Positions 9,142 through 18,617 of a stretch of 64,000 nt of DNA are shown one piece after another; positions within the stretch are counted from its first letter, which is position 1; every line of letters starts with the position of its first letter. The DNA is from Candidatus Latescibacterota bacterium (GTDB taxonomy: Bacteria > Latescibacterota > UBA2968): contig OZ242320.1 of NCBI GenBank assembly GCA_965208125.1, forward strand, positions 5,568,001 through 5,632,000. The letters are read 5' to 3'. The notes under the pieces were generated by a model that worked only from the letters and a program-made list of their open reading frames with translations, did not search any database and was not told the DNA's origin. The translations under genes and the position numbers were made by a program.

Positions 9142-10563
9142 ATGGCAAAACAGAATGTAATTTTATTTGGAATCGATAGTTTGTGGTCCGATCACATGAG
9201 TTGTTACGGTTATAATCGGCTCACAACGCCGCATATCGACAAATTTGCCACACAGGGCGTCTTGTTCGAAAACACATTTAGCGCGCATATTCCCACCACA
9301 CCGGCCTATGCGTCAATGCTCACGGGAATGGATTGTTTTTCGACCGATGTCGTAGCACTGCGCCACCGCGGCGGGTTGACAGAAGATGTCACCACCTTGC
9401 CCGAAATTTTGAGCGGAGAAGGCTATGAGACCGTGTGTGTGGGCTTTACGGGAAATCCGAGTTCGCGCGGCTTTGACGAATATGTAAACTTCAGAGCCTG
9501 GGGAAGTTGGGACGAGCGTCCGCTGCGCAAAGCCGAATTGCTCAACGAAGTGACATTGCCCGAACTGGAACGCCTGGCCGCGGGCGACAAGCCGTTTTTC
9601 CTATTTTTGCGACACATGGATCCGCACGCGCCCTATTTGCCGCCGCCACCATACGATTCGATGTTCTACAGCAAAGACCCGTGCGACCCGTCCAAAACCA
9701 CCATGGAACCGGTAAAAGCATTTAAGCCATTTCGAGATTTCCATTTGAGTTGGATGCCGCCGGGCATTACCGACGCCGATTTTGTGGTGGCGCAATACGA
9801 CGGTGAAATCGCCTATATGGATGCGTGTATCCAGCGCTTGCTCACCCGTATTGACGAACTGGGCCTGAGAGATAATACCCTGGTCGTAATCAACGGCGAC
9901 CACGGCGAGACCCTCGACGAGCACGATTGCTATTTTGATCACCACGGAATGTATGAATGCACCTTGAAAGTACCCCTCGCAATGCGCCTGCCCGGGCATT
10001 TGCCCGAAGGCGTGCGCGTAAAGGGCTACAATCAGCACAAAGATCTGACACCGACGATCCTGGAGCTCCTGAATATAGAAACAGACATCGCGTTTGACGG
10101 ACGCAGCTTGATCCCGATGGTCGAGGGAAAACGCCACACGCACGAATCGGAATTTTATATCACCGAGTGTACCTGGATGCGAAAACACGGCTGGCGCACA
10201 CCCGAGTGGAAGCTAATCGTGGCATTGGAACCCGACTTCCATTTTAAGCCCGAAGTGGAGCTTTACAATCTGATTCAGGACCCGGGCGAGACCACGAACC
10301 TGGCGGACAAAGAACCCGAAATGGTCGCCCTGTTGCGCGGGCGGATGGAAGCCTATATTGCCAAACGCGAAAAAGAAGTGGGGCATACCAATCCCATGTA
10401 CACAAACCTGAATTGGCACGGCCGCAAGAATTATGACGGACCATTCAAATCCTCAGAAGATGCGTATAATTACATGCACATCGGTTCCGCCAGCCAGGCC
10501 GCGCGGTTGCAGGCGGGGAATAAAAAGGTGGAAGGCACGGTCGAAGAGAAAAGTGAGAAGTAG
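9142..10563 (+). CDS. Sulfatase-like hydrolase (alkaline phosphatase superfamily), Thr at the nucleophile position
   Basis: IDSLWSDHMSCYGY, PTTPAYASMLTG (no CxPxR), DPHAPY, YDGEI, GDHGE, ELYNL..DPGE. Confidence 0.85.
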   Translation: MAKQNVILFGIDSLWSDHMSCYGYNRLTTPHIDKFATQGVLFENTFSAHIPTTPAYASMLTGMDCFSTDVVALRHRGGLTEDVTTLPEILSGEGYETVCVGFTGNPSSRGFDEYVNFRAWGSWDERPLRKAELLNEVTLPELERLAAGDKPFFLFLRHMDPHAPYLPPPPYDSMFYSKDPCDPSKTTMEPVKAFKPFRDFHLSWMPPGITDADFVVAQYDGEIAYMDACIQRLLTRIDELGLRDNTLVVINGDHGETLDEHDCYFDHHGMYECTLKVPLAMRLPGHLPEGVRVKGYNQHKDLTPTILELLNIETDIAFDGRSLIPMVEGKRHTHESEFYITECTWMRKHGWRTPEWKLIVALEPDFHFKPEVELYNLIQDPGETTNLADKEPEMVALLRGRMEAYIAKREKEVGHTNPMYTNLNWHGRKNYDGPFKSSEDAYNYMHIGSASQAARLQAGNKKVEGTVEEKSEK

Positions 10564-10682
10564 GAAGTGTGAAGTGTGAAGCGGTGTGCAACTGGTTCAG
10601 ATCCGTTCACTGATAGCCTCTGTCGTCGCGGCATGGTGTCGAGCCGTGATCCAGTGTTTGTAAATATAGGAGCGAACCCCTG
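10551..10682. repeat. Compound repeat region: 7-mer tandem (AAGTGTG-like) + hairpin module + RPE-like palindrome + partial GTAG-type REP
   Basis: AAGTGAG AAGTAGG AAGTGTG AAGTGTG (10551-10581); GCGGTGTGCAACTGG...GTTCAC (10581-10610); TGTCGTCGCGGCATGGTGTCGAGCCGTGATCCAG (10621-10654); ATAGGAGCGAACCCCTG. Confidence 0.7.
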
Positions 10683-10709
10683 TTTCCGTCAGTTTTGGAG
10701 GAATGTACC

Positions 10710-11843
10710 ATGGCAATTGATACCATAACTTCTGAAGCCATTGAAGTAATCAATCCGACTGGCAGGCGCGTATTGCAACTGACGACAAATGCACGGCGGT
10801 CGGTGCATGGGTATTACGACCTGCCCCCGTGGTCTCCTGTGGATGGACGCATTGCATTTAGCCGCATGGATGCACCCGATTCAAAGGTAGGCGATATTTG
10901 TGTCATGGATGCCGATGGGGACAACTTGCACAAAGTGGCCGAATCCCGTGCGATGTCCTCCAATGGCGGTGCGCTGGCACAATGGGCATCGGACGGGTCG
11001 CGGATATACTTCAAGGATCGGGACCGCGAAACCCGTTTGATCGGATGGGTCGATCCGGACACCGGTATATCGGGCACGCACCCTGGAGACCTGCGAATGA
11101 TTTCACCCGCAGGACACCTGCATGCCTATCACACCATGCATGGAGATTACGCCGAGGACGACGTGCCAAAAATGAAAGATGTACACGGTGTATTCGCACA
11201 GGATCTGAAAACAGGTGAATCCAAACAACTCGCAACCCTTTCTGATTGTCTAACACTCCACCCCCGCCGGGATGAAATTGCCGACTGGCACCTGTTTGTC
11301 AAACACACCAAATGGTCGCCCGATGGCACTCGGATGATGTTTGTATTCACCAACGAAATTCATTTTGACCGGAAATACGGCGAACTTCCCAGAGTAAAAG
11401 ATGTGTACGTCATCAATGCCGACGGCTCAAATCTCAAGCGCATAGGCGAATTTGGCAACCATCCGCTGTGGCATCCCAATGGTCGAGAAATATTGACCAA
11501 CAGCCCGTTTGAAGGCTCGCCGGGCAATAAACTGGTATTGACCGATGTGGAAACCGGTGAAGAGCGTCTGGCTGTAACCTGTACAAAGGGATCGGGACAT
11601 CCCTCCTTTTCCCCAGACGGCAAATACATTGTGATAGATGTCGTGAACAACACAACAAAAGAAGCCAAATTCCTGCTGGTAGATGTCGAAACCGATACTG
11701 CTGAAACGCTATTGGAACTCTCAGTCTTCGACCACTCTCATGCAGGAACCCATCTGCACCCGGTATGGCGGCAAGATAGCTCGCAGATTTTATACGCCAG
11801 CGATGCATCCGAAATTTGTCAATTGTGCGTGATTGACATGTGA
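10710..11843 (+). CDS. TolB/oligogalacturonate lyase-like beta-propeller protein
   Basis: GRRVLQLT, YYDLPPWSPVDG, WSPDG, HPSFSPDG, HLHPVW repeats. Confidence 0.75.
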   Translation: MAIDTITSEAIEVINPTGRRVLQLTTNARRSVHGYYDLPPWSPVDGRIAFSRMDAPDSKVGDICVMDADGDNLHKVAESRAMSSNGGALAQWASDGSRIYFKDRDRETRLIGWVDPDTGISGTHPGDLRMISPAGHLHAYHTMHGDYAEDDVPKMKDVHGVFAQDLKTGESKQLATLSDCLTLHPRRDEIADWHLFVKHTKWSPDGTRMMFVFTNEIHFDRKYGELPRVKDVYVINADGSNLKRIGEFGNHPLWHPNGREILTNSPFEGSPGNKLVLTDVETGEERLAVTCTKGSGHPSFSPDGKYIVIDVVNNTTKEAKFLLVDVETDTAETLLELSVFDHSHAGTHLHPVWRQDSSQILYASDASEICQLCVIDM

Positions 11844-11854
11844 AGGAGAACCTC

Positions 11855-12688
11855 ATGCCCGTAAAATCAGTTTACATGATGACCGATTTGGAAGGCTCAG
11901 CCGGAGTAGATGACTGGGATCCGAGACATCGGGAAGATGCGACAACGGCAAAAGGCGTGTACGACCGCGCTGAGATGCAGCGATTGTTGACAGGAGAAGT
12001 CAACGCCGCGGCCGAAGGACTATTTGCAGCAGGCGTAGAAGACATAATCATCAATGACGCACATGGGGCGGGGCGCACGATTTTATCAGAAGAATTGATC
12101 TCCGGCGTGAAACTTGTACAGGGCGTCAACCGCCCCTGCTGGTTGCCGGGATTATCCCCCAGATTTGACGCACTGATTCAAGTGGGCATGCATGCAATGA
12201 CCAACACACCCAACGGATGTCTCGCACATTCCATGAGCCGCAATGTGGTCTATCGCGTCAATGGTGCCGAAGTCGGCGAGATGGAAATGGCGGCTTATTT
12301 GTGTGGCCATCTGGGTATTCCCTGGGTCTTTACATCGGGCGATCTGCACGCATGTACCGAATCTCAACGCTGGGTCAATGACATTGTCACAGCACCTGTA
12401 AAAGAAGGCCTGGGTGAATTATGTGCGCTCCACCTGGCGCCAATAGATGCCCGCGCCCTCATCAAGAAGCGCGTTCAAGAAGCAATGGAGATCGTCGAAA
12501 ATATCGAACCGCTCGTTGCAAAAAGCCCTGTGGTAATGGAAGTCACACGCCCCGAACCCGGTCGTCTTTCCGTGCCAGAAGGGGTTGAGCGTGTAGATGA
12601 CTTTACAATTCGGTGTGAAGGCGAATCCTTCTGGCAGGTGTTTCACAACGTGGTTTATGGCAAACCCGATTTTCCAGTTCCCGCGTAA
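11855..12688 (+). CDS. M55 family metallopeptidase (D-aminopeptidase DppA-like)
   Basis: TDLEG, EVNAA, NDAHG, GMHA, LAHS, VGE, SGD, VKEG motifs. Confidence 0.9.
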   Translation: MPVKSVYMMTDLEGSAGVDDWDPRHREDATTAKGVYDRAEMQRLLTGEVNAAAEGLFAAGVEDIIINDAHGAGRTILSEELISGVKLVQGVNRPCWLPGLSPRFDALIQVGMHAMTNTPNGCLAHSMSRNVVYRVNGAEVGEMEMAAYLCGHLGIPWVFTSGDLHACTESQRWVNDIVTAPVKEGLGELCALHLAPIDARALIKKRVQEAMEIVENIEPLVAKSPVVMEVTRPEPGRLSVPEGVERVDDFTIRCEGESFWQVFHNVVYGKPDFPVPA

Positions 12689-12712
12689 TTTCTTCGCATT
12701 ATAGGAGGACGT

Positions 12713-13420
12713 ATGAAAGTCAAAATAGAGAATCAATTTCGAGCGCCTTATGGCGTGCCAAATGGTCTGCAACTCACTGACGATGGTTTGTGGATTGTAG
12801 ATCAGATGACTGACCGGGTGGCGTTGATGAGTATGAAAGATGAGGACAAAGACGATTATTACGGCAATCGTCGCCTGTTGAGGGATATCCCTTCGGAATC
12901 CTCCAACACCAGTGGCATGGCCGCAGGTGATGGATCGCTGTGGTTGGCGGCAAATGGACCGGGGCAACGCTGGCGGCTACCGCGCGAGACCGATGCGCCC
13001 CAGGGTGAAATATTGCGCGTGGATCCCTGTAACGGAGAAACACAGGGTCGCTGGGCACTGCCCACTGGCGGCGGTACGCACGGCGTGGAATACGACGCAA
13101 TTGAACCGGGCACATTGTGGCTGACCACATTAAAAGAACAGACCATTACGCAGATGCGCATTAAAGATTGGTCCGTCATCCGCACATTAAAACTGCCCTT
13201 GCATCGCGCACACGGCGTCGTGCGAATGGAAGAAGATTCGATCTGGGTGGTTCATACAGGTGATCGGGTAATTGTAAATCTGGACCTGGCGACAAATGCA
13301 GAACTCGATCGCATAGAAGTGCCCGAACCCCATCCCGAACCACACGGCTTGTCCATCTGCGACGGTGGGTTTTTGTATTGCGATGCCACATCGGGGTGGG
13401 TTGCCAAAATTTCGTGGTGA
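12713..13420 (+). CDS. Small beta-propeller protein (glutamine cyclotransferase/Vgb-like)
   Basis: Repeated PNGL/SGM/HGV/HGL...LW blades. Confidence 0.6.
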   Translation: MKVKIENQFRAPYGVPNGLQLTDDGLWIVDQMTDRVALMSMKDEDKDDYYGNRRLLRDIPSESSNTSGMAAGDGSLWLAANGPGQRWRLPRETDAPQGEILRVDPCNGETQGRWALPTGGGTHGVEYDAIEPGTLWLTTLKEQTITQMRIKDWSVIRTLKLPLHRAHGVVRMEEDSIWVVHTGDRVIVNLDLATNAELDRIEVPEPHPEPHGLSICDGGFLYCDATSGWVAKISW

Positions 13421-13446
13421 TGGGACGCTTCTGTTCTCTTCCAATT

Positions 13447-13474
13447 AGCCCCGGTCCTCCGGGGCTTTTCTTTC
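13447..13474 (+). terminator. Intrinsic terminator
   Basis: AGCCCCGG-TCCT-CCGGGGCT followed by TTTCTTTC. Confidence 0.7.
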
Positions 13475-13492
13475 TCACAACTGAGGTACGCC

Positions 13493-15079
13493 ATGAGTGA
13501 TCGAGCAGTAATCGGCGTCGATGTGGGCACAGGCAGTGTGCGGGCAGGCGTATTTGACCTATACGGCACGATGTTGGGCACAGCATCATCACCCATCCTG
13601 GAATTTAATCCCAAACCCGATTTCTACGAACAATCCTCGGAGAACATCTGGGCAGAAACCGGGAAAGTCGTTCGCCAGGCCATCGCCCAATCTGGCCTCT
13701 CACCCGATGCAATAATCGGCATGAGTTTTGACGCAACCTGTTCTCTCGTCGTCCTGGATGCTGCTGGACAGCCCTTGACCGTATCTGAAACGGGCGAAAC
13801 CGAACGCAACATCATCGTATGGCGCGATCACCGCGCAATAGATCAGGTAAATCGCATCAATGCGGGTGGATATGATGTATTGCAATACGTCGGAGGCACG
13901 ATGTCGCCCGAGCAAGAACCCCCAAAACTATTGTGGATCAAAGAAAACCTGCCCGAAACATGGCAAAAAGCGGGCAAATTTTTTGACCTGGCGGATTTTA
14001 TGGTCTATAAAGCAACGGGGACCGACCGCCGCAGTTTGTGTACCAACGTGTGCAAATGGACCTATCTGGGCCATGAATCGCGCTGGGATCGCACCTTCTT
14101 TGACGCCATTGGTCTGGACGATTTATTTGACGACGGGAAAGTGACAGAAGATGTCGCACCCATGGGCGAAAACGCGGGCACCCTGAGTGCGAAAGCCGCC
14201 GACTTGATGGGATTGACAACGCAAACTGCCGTGGGTGTCGGCATCATCGATGCACATGCAGGGGGCATTGGCGTTGGCGTCAGCGAACCGATATTGGCAT
14301 TGATCGGCGGCACCTCGTCGTGCCACATGGCAGTATCAAAAGACGCGCGATTTATCCCCGGCGTGTGGGGACCTTACTTCGGTGCGATGCTGCCTGGCTT
14401 GTGGCTCAGTGAAGGCGGACAAAGTGCCACGGGCGCATTGTTGGATCACACCATCGAGCGATTTGGCATGGTCAAAGAAGAAGATCACTACTGGCATGTA
14501 CTCACGGGAAAAGAAATCAATGCCGTGTACGCAGAACTCAACGCGTACATCGCCGCAAAAGCCGTGCGTTCAGATTGGACAGAACGGCTGCATATTTTGC
14601 CCGACCACCACGGAAACCGATCTCCCAAAGCCGACCCCAACGCGCGGGGAATGATGGATGGTTTAACCCTGGATATGTCCTACAATACCCTGGCGCAAAT
14701 TTATCACGCAACCATCCAGTCCGTAGCTTATGGCACGCGCAATATCATCGACGAAATGGAAAAACAAGGCTACGCAATTGAGCAGATCAATGCGTGTGGA
14801 GGCGGCACAAAAAACGAACTGTGGATACGCGAACACGCCGACGCAACGCAACGTCCCATTCATCTACCCAAAGAACCCGAAGCAGTATTGCTCGGATCCG
14901 CAATCCTCGGTGCCGTCGCCGCAGGTGCCTATGCATCAATCCAGGAAGCGATGGACGCGATGTGTCACGCGGGCGAAGTCATCGAACCCAATCGGGATAC
15001 TGCAGATTATCACGCCTGGAAATACGAACAGCAGTTGGCCATGTACGATCAGCACGTAAACCGACGCAACATCGACTAA
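13493..15079 (+). CDS. FGGY-family carbohydrate (pentulose/D-ribulose-type) kinase
   Basis: GVDVGTGSVRA, FDATCSLV, WRDHRA, CKW, IDAHAGG, GTSSCHM, EGGQSATG, HGNRSP. Confidence 0.92.
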   Translation: MSDRAVIGVDVGTGSVRAGVFDLYGTMLGTASSPILEFNPKPDFYEQSSENIWAETGKVVRQAIAQSGLSPDAIIGMSFDATCSLVVLDAAGQPLTVSETGETERNIIVWRDHRAIDQVNRINAGGYDVLQYVGGTMSPEQEPPKLLWIKENLPETWQKAGKFFDLADFMVYKATGTDRRSLCTNVCKWTYLGHESRWDRTFFDAIGLDDLFDDGKVTEDVAPMGENAGTLSAKAADLMGLTTQTAVGVGIIDAHAGGIGVGVSEPILALIGGTSSCHMAVSKDARFIPGVWGPYFGAMLPGLWLSEGGQSATGALLDHTIERFGMVKEEDHYWHVLTGKEINAVYAELNAYIAAKAVRSDWTERLHILPDHHGNRSPKADPNARGMMDGLTLDMSYNTLAQIYHATIQSVAYGTRNIIDEMEKQGYAIEQINACGGGTKNELWIREHADATQRPIHLPKEPEAVLLGSAILGAVAAGAYASIQEAMDAMCHAGEVIEPNRDTADYHAWKYEQQLAMYDQHVNRRNID

Positions 15080-15151
15080 TCAGAAATTCGGTTGTGTTTC
15101 GCGCAATATCGCATTAGCATGGAATTGTTACTTAACTGAAGGAGATAAATC

Positions 15152-15985
15152 GTGAAAATCGGATACGGCACTTATGCAATGCAAACGGAAAACATCTTCG
15201 ACGCGCTCCCGCGCCTGCGCGACATAGGTTACGAAGCCCTCGAAATCAACACGGGTGACGACTGGCCCACCGCCCCGCACAAACTCGACAATGATACCCG
15301 CGAAACACTCGCCAAAGCTATCCAGGACCTCGGCTTTGAATCCCCCGTCACCATGGCCTTGATGCCCATCTGCACACAGGGCGATAACCGGCCAGCCATC
15401 CTCGAAAAATTTGACGCCGCCTGTATCCTCGCCAGCGACCTCACCTTTGGCGATGCTCCCGGCATCATCGTCAGCACACTCGGTGGACTGCACGGCACCT
15501 GGGACGAAGTCAAACACACCTATTGCGATCAACTCCTCGAATTGGGCGACCACGCTGCCAAACACAACGTCATCCTCGCAACCGAACCCCATGCGGGCCA
15601 CCCGCTCGACACACCCCAAAAAGTCGATTGGCTCATGCGGCAAACCAATCACGACAACGTCAAAGTCAATTTCGACATGAGCCACTTTTACGTTGACGGT
15701 ATCGACCTCCAGCCGAGCGTTGACCTGTGCGCCCCTTACACCGTCTCCACCCACATCAAAGACGGTCATCGCGTCAACGGACAGGTGCGCTACCTCCTGC
15801 CCGGCGAAGGCGACTTCGACCTCGTCGCCTACTTCAAAGCCGTCGCAGCCGCTGGCATCACCGTCCCAATCACCGTCGAAGTCACCGCACAAATCTGGAG
15901 ACAACCCGAATACGACCCCTGGCCCGTCGCCGAGCAATGCTTCAGTGCCCTCGATAACGCGCGAAGAGAAGCGGGTGTCGCATAG
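15152..15985 (+). CDS. Sugar phosphate isomerase/epimerase
   Basis: ATEPH, NFDMSH, THIKD, PGEG, TVE. Confidence 0.85.
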   Translation: MKIGYGTYAMQTENIFDALPRLRDIGYEALEINTGDDWPTAPHKLDNDTRETLAKAIQDLGFESPVTMALMPICTQGDNRPAILEKFDAACILASDLTFGDAPGIIVSTLGGLHGTWDEVKHTYCDQLLELGDHAAKHNVILATEPHAGHPLDTPQKVDWLMRQTNHDNVKVNFDMSHFYVDGIDLQPSVDLCAPYTVSTHIKDGHRVNGQVRYLLPGEGDFDLVAYFKAVAAAGITVPITVEVTAQIWRQPEYDPWPVAEQCFSALDNARREAGVA

Positions 15986-16002
15986 ATAAATCAGAGTCAA
16001 TC

Positions 16003-17445
16003 ATGCCCTACAACATCCTTCTCATCCTGACCGATCAACAGCGCTGGGACTCACTCGGTTGTTGCGGTATAAGCGGCGTACACACCCCCAACCTCGACCG
16101 CCTCGCCAGTGAAGGCGCGCGCTACGACCAGTGCTATGTCAACAACCCGATATGCACGCCCAGTCGCGCCAGCCTCTGGACCGGCAAACACCTGCCCGGT
16201 CACGGCGTCTATCGCCTGCACGATGTCTTACCCCAGGATGAAATCCTCTTCCCCCATCACCTGCGCGAAGCCGGATACGACACCGCGATCTTTGGCAAAC
16301 TCCACGTTGCCGGTCACATGTGGGAAATGCAATACCGCCACCGCTTCGACGGCTTCAACACCTATGAATGGGCACCTGACCCCAATGGGTATCGCGGATG
16401 CGACACCGCGTACTTCCGCTGGCTTGCGGTACACCATCCCGACATTCTCCAGCGCTGGAAACGCGACGGCAACCGCATCGGCCATGTGCGCGCCGAAGCC
16501 CACTTCACCACCTGGGCCGCCGACCGCACTATCGACTATCTCCACCGCATGCAGGGCACGCACCAGCCCTTCTTCTGTTGTATGAGCGTCTTTGATCCGC
16601 ACAGTCCCTATACAAATTATCCCAAAGAATACGCCGATTACCTCGACATCGATGCCCTGCCCGAACCCTTAGCCGTAGATGAATCCTTTGACCATCGTCC
16701 AATTGCACACTGGCGAGAGCACAACGGGCGATCTTTCCCCTCAACGGATACCCTGCGCGAAAGCCGCATCGGCTACCACGCTGCCATCACCCTCATCGAC
16801 GAACAAATCGGGCGCGTCTTGCAAACACTCGACGATACGAATTTTGCGGACAACACCATCGTCATCTTTGCCAGCGACCACGGCGACATGCTCGGCGACC
16901 ACGGCCTCACCGTCAAAGGCGCGTACATGTACGACGCCTGCACCCGGGTGCCCATGATCATCTGCGTGCCAGGCACATCTGGCGGTCAAATCATCGACGC
17001 ACCCTGCCAACTTCACGACATCGCCGCAACCGCACTCGCCATCGCCGGATGCGAACAACCCGACCTCATGCCCGATGCATGCGACCTCCTGGACACCAGC
17101 ACCTTGCAACAACGCGGCCATGCCGTCTGCATGCACCGCAACTCGAGCACCACGCGCGGAGGCTATCACAACCCGGAATTGCACATCACCATGTGGCGAG
17201 AAAACCGCTACAAACTCAGCATCTACCACGCGCCACAACCCGGAGCCGATGATTGCCCCGGCGAACTCTTTGACCTGGAAACAGACCCCGACGAAATGAA
17301 CAACCTCTGGTTCGACGCCGACATGTCCGACACGCGCGACCAACTCATCCATAAACTCACCTCTTTTCTCGTGCAACAAGACGCACAGGGACGCGCGAGA
17401 GGTAGCGAAGCCCTGCCACCGGGATTTTGGAAAGATAGCTCATGA
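16003..17445 (+). CDS. Sulfatase (Cys-type, FGly-dependent)
   Basis: TDQQR, CTPSRASLWTG, GKLH, DPHSP, SDHGDMLG. Confidence 0.92.
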   Translation: MPYNILLILTDQQRWDSLGCCGISGVHTPNLDRLASEGARYDQCYVNNPICTPSRASLWTGKHLPGHGVYRLHDVLPQDEILFPHHLREAGYDTAIFGKLHVAGHMWEMQYRHRFDGFNTYEWAPDPNGYRGCDTAYFRWLAVHHPDILQRWKRDGNRIGHVRAEAHFTTWAADRTIDYLHRMQGTHQPFFCCMSVFDPHSPYTNYPKEYADYLDIDALPEPLAVDESFDHRPIAHWREHNGRSFPSTDTLRESRIGYHAAITLIDEQIGRVLQTLDDTNFADNTIVIFASDHGDMLGDHGLTVKGAYMYDACTRVPMIICVPGTSGGQIIDAPCQLHDIAATALAIAGCEQPDLMPDACDLLDTSTLQQRGHAVCMHRNSSTTRGGYHNPELHITMWRENRYKLSIYHAPQPGADDCPGELFDLETDPDEMNNLWFDADMSDTRDQLIHKLTSFLVQQDAQGRARGSEALPPGFWKDSS

Positions 17446-18605
17446 CAAAAACCATCATCATGCCCAAATACGGGCTTCAGCAAGACAACGGCACCGTCGT
17501 TGAATGGCGCGTCAAAGAAGGTGACCGCGTCAACAAGGGCGACATCCTCCTCGACCTGGAAACGGACAAAGCCCTCTTTGAATACGAATCGCCCGAAAGC
17601 GGTTACGTCCGCAAACTCGTCGCCCAAAACGGCGAAGAAGTGCCAGTGCTCTCTGTCATCGCCATCATCACCGACGAAGCCGACGAAGCCATTGAAGACC
17701 TGACACCTGCCAGCGCTGATTCACCCACAGAGGAACCGCGCCAGATAGCGGACACAGCAGAGCGGGAACCCGCGCTGGAAGCCTCTACCCAGCGCATCAA
17801 ACGCTCTCCTGCTGCCCGTCGCCGCGCCCGCGAACTCAACATTGACCTCGCCAACATCGCAGGCACCGGTCCCGGTGGCCGCATCGTACTCGCCGATGTC
17901 GAACTCGCGGCATCTGCGGCTCCATCCTCCACCACATTATCGCGTATGCGCCAGGCCATTGGCAGAACCATGGCCTACAGCAAAAGCACCATTCCGCACT
18001 TCTACGTCGCCACTGAAATCGACATGACCGACGCGGAAATCTGGCGCAAAAACCTCGCCGAAACCGACGCCATCAAGCTCTCGGTTACCGACCTCTTTGT
18101 CAAAGCCGCCGCCGATGCCCTCACCCAATACCCGGCACTCAACGCCAGCCTTGACGGAGATACCGCCGTTATTGTACACGACACAGTCAACATCGGCCTG
18201 GCTGTCGGCACAGACGACGGCCTCGTCGTCCCGGTCATCCCAAATGCCGATCAGGCATTCCTGACCGATCTCGCCGACGAACGCGGCCAGCGCGTCGAAG
18301 AAGCCAGACAGGGCAAAATGCGCGGCGATGCCAGCGCCACCTTCACCATCTCGAACCTGGGGATGTACGGCATCACATCTTTCACCGCCATTGTCAATCC
18401 CCCCGAAGCCGCCATCTTAGCTGTCGGCGCAGCCATCGCTCGCGTTGTTCCCCTTGGCGACACCATGACCATCGCCGTTCGCCAAATCGCAGAAGTCACA
18501 CTCTCCGCCGACCACCGCCTCGTCGATGGCGTGGTCGCGGCTCAATTTTTACAGGCACTAAAACAAAACCTGGAAGACACGAACAAATTGGAAAGCTGGT
18601 TGTGA
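17442..18605 (+). CDS. 2-oxoacid/acetoin dehydrogenase E2 (dihydrolipoamide acyltransferase)
   Basis: Lipoyl ETDKA, E3-binding SPAARR...GTGPGGRI, catalytic DHRLVDG. Confidence 0.92.
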   Translation: MTKTIIMPKYGLQQDNGTVVEWRVKEGDRVNKGDILLDLETDKALFEYESPESGYVRKLVAQNGEEVPVLSVIAIITDEADEAIEDLTPASADSPTEEPRQIADTAEREPALEASTQRIKRSPAARRRARELNIDLANIAGTGPGGRIVLADVELAASAAPSSTTLSRMRQAIGRTMAYSKSTIPHFYVATEIDMTDAEIWRKNLAETDAIKLSVTDLFVKAAADALTQYPALNASLDGDTAVIVHDTVNIGLAVGTDDGLVVPVIPNADQAFLTDLADERGQRVEEARQGKMRGDASATFTISNLGMYGITSFTAIVNPPEAAILAVGAAIARVVPLGDTMTIAVRQIAEVTLSADHRLVDGVVAAQFLQALKQNLEDTNKLESWL

Positions 18606-18617
18606 AAAGGAGCCTTT

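Noticed and set aside
15115-15130. Sigma54 -24/-12 promoter TAGCATGGAATTGT upstream of the epimerase-sulfatase-E2 genes
   Set aside because: Both invariant dinucleotides (GG and GC) are mismatched.
15128-16000. Long antisense ORFs (also 26-475, 32549-33802, 35830-37017, 53389-54453 and many others)
   Set aside because: They are shadows of well-supported genes on the opposite strand, with no family motifs.
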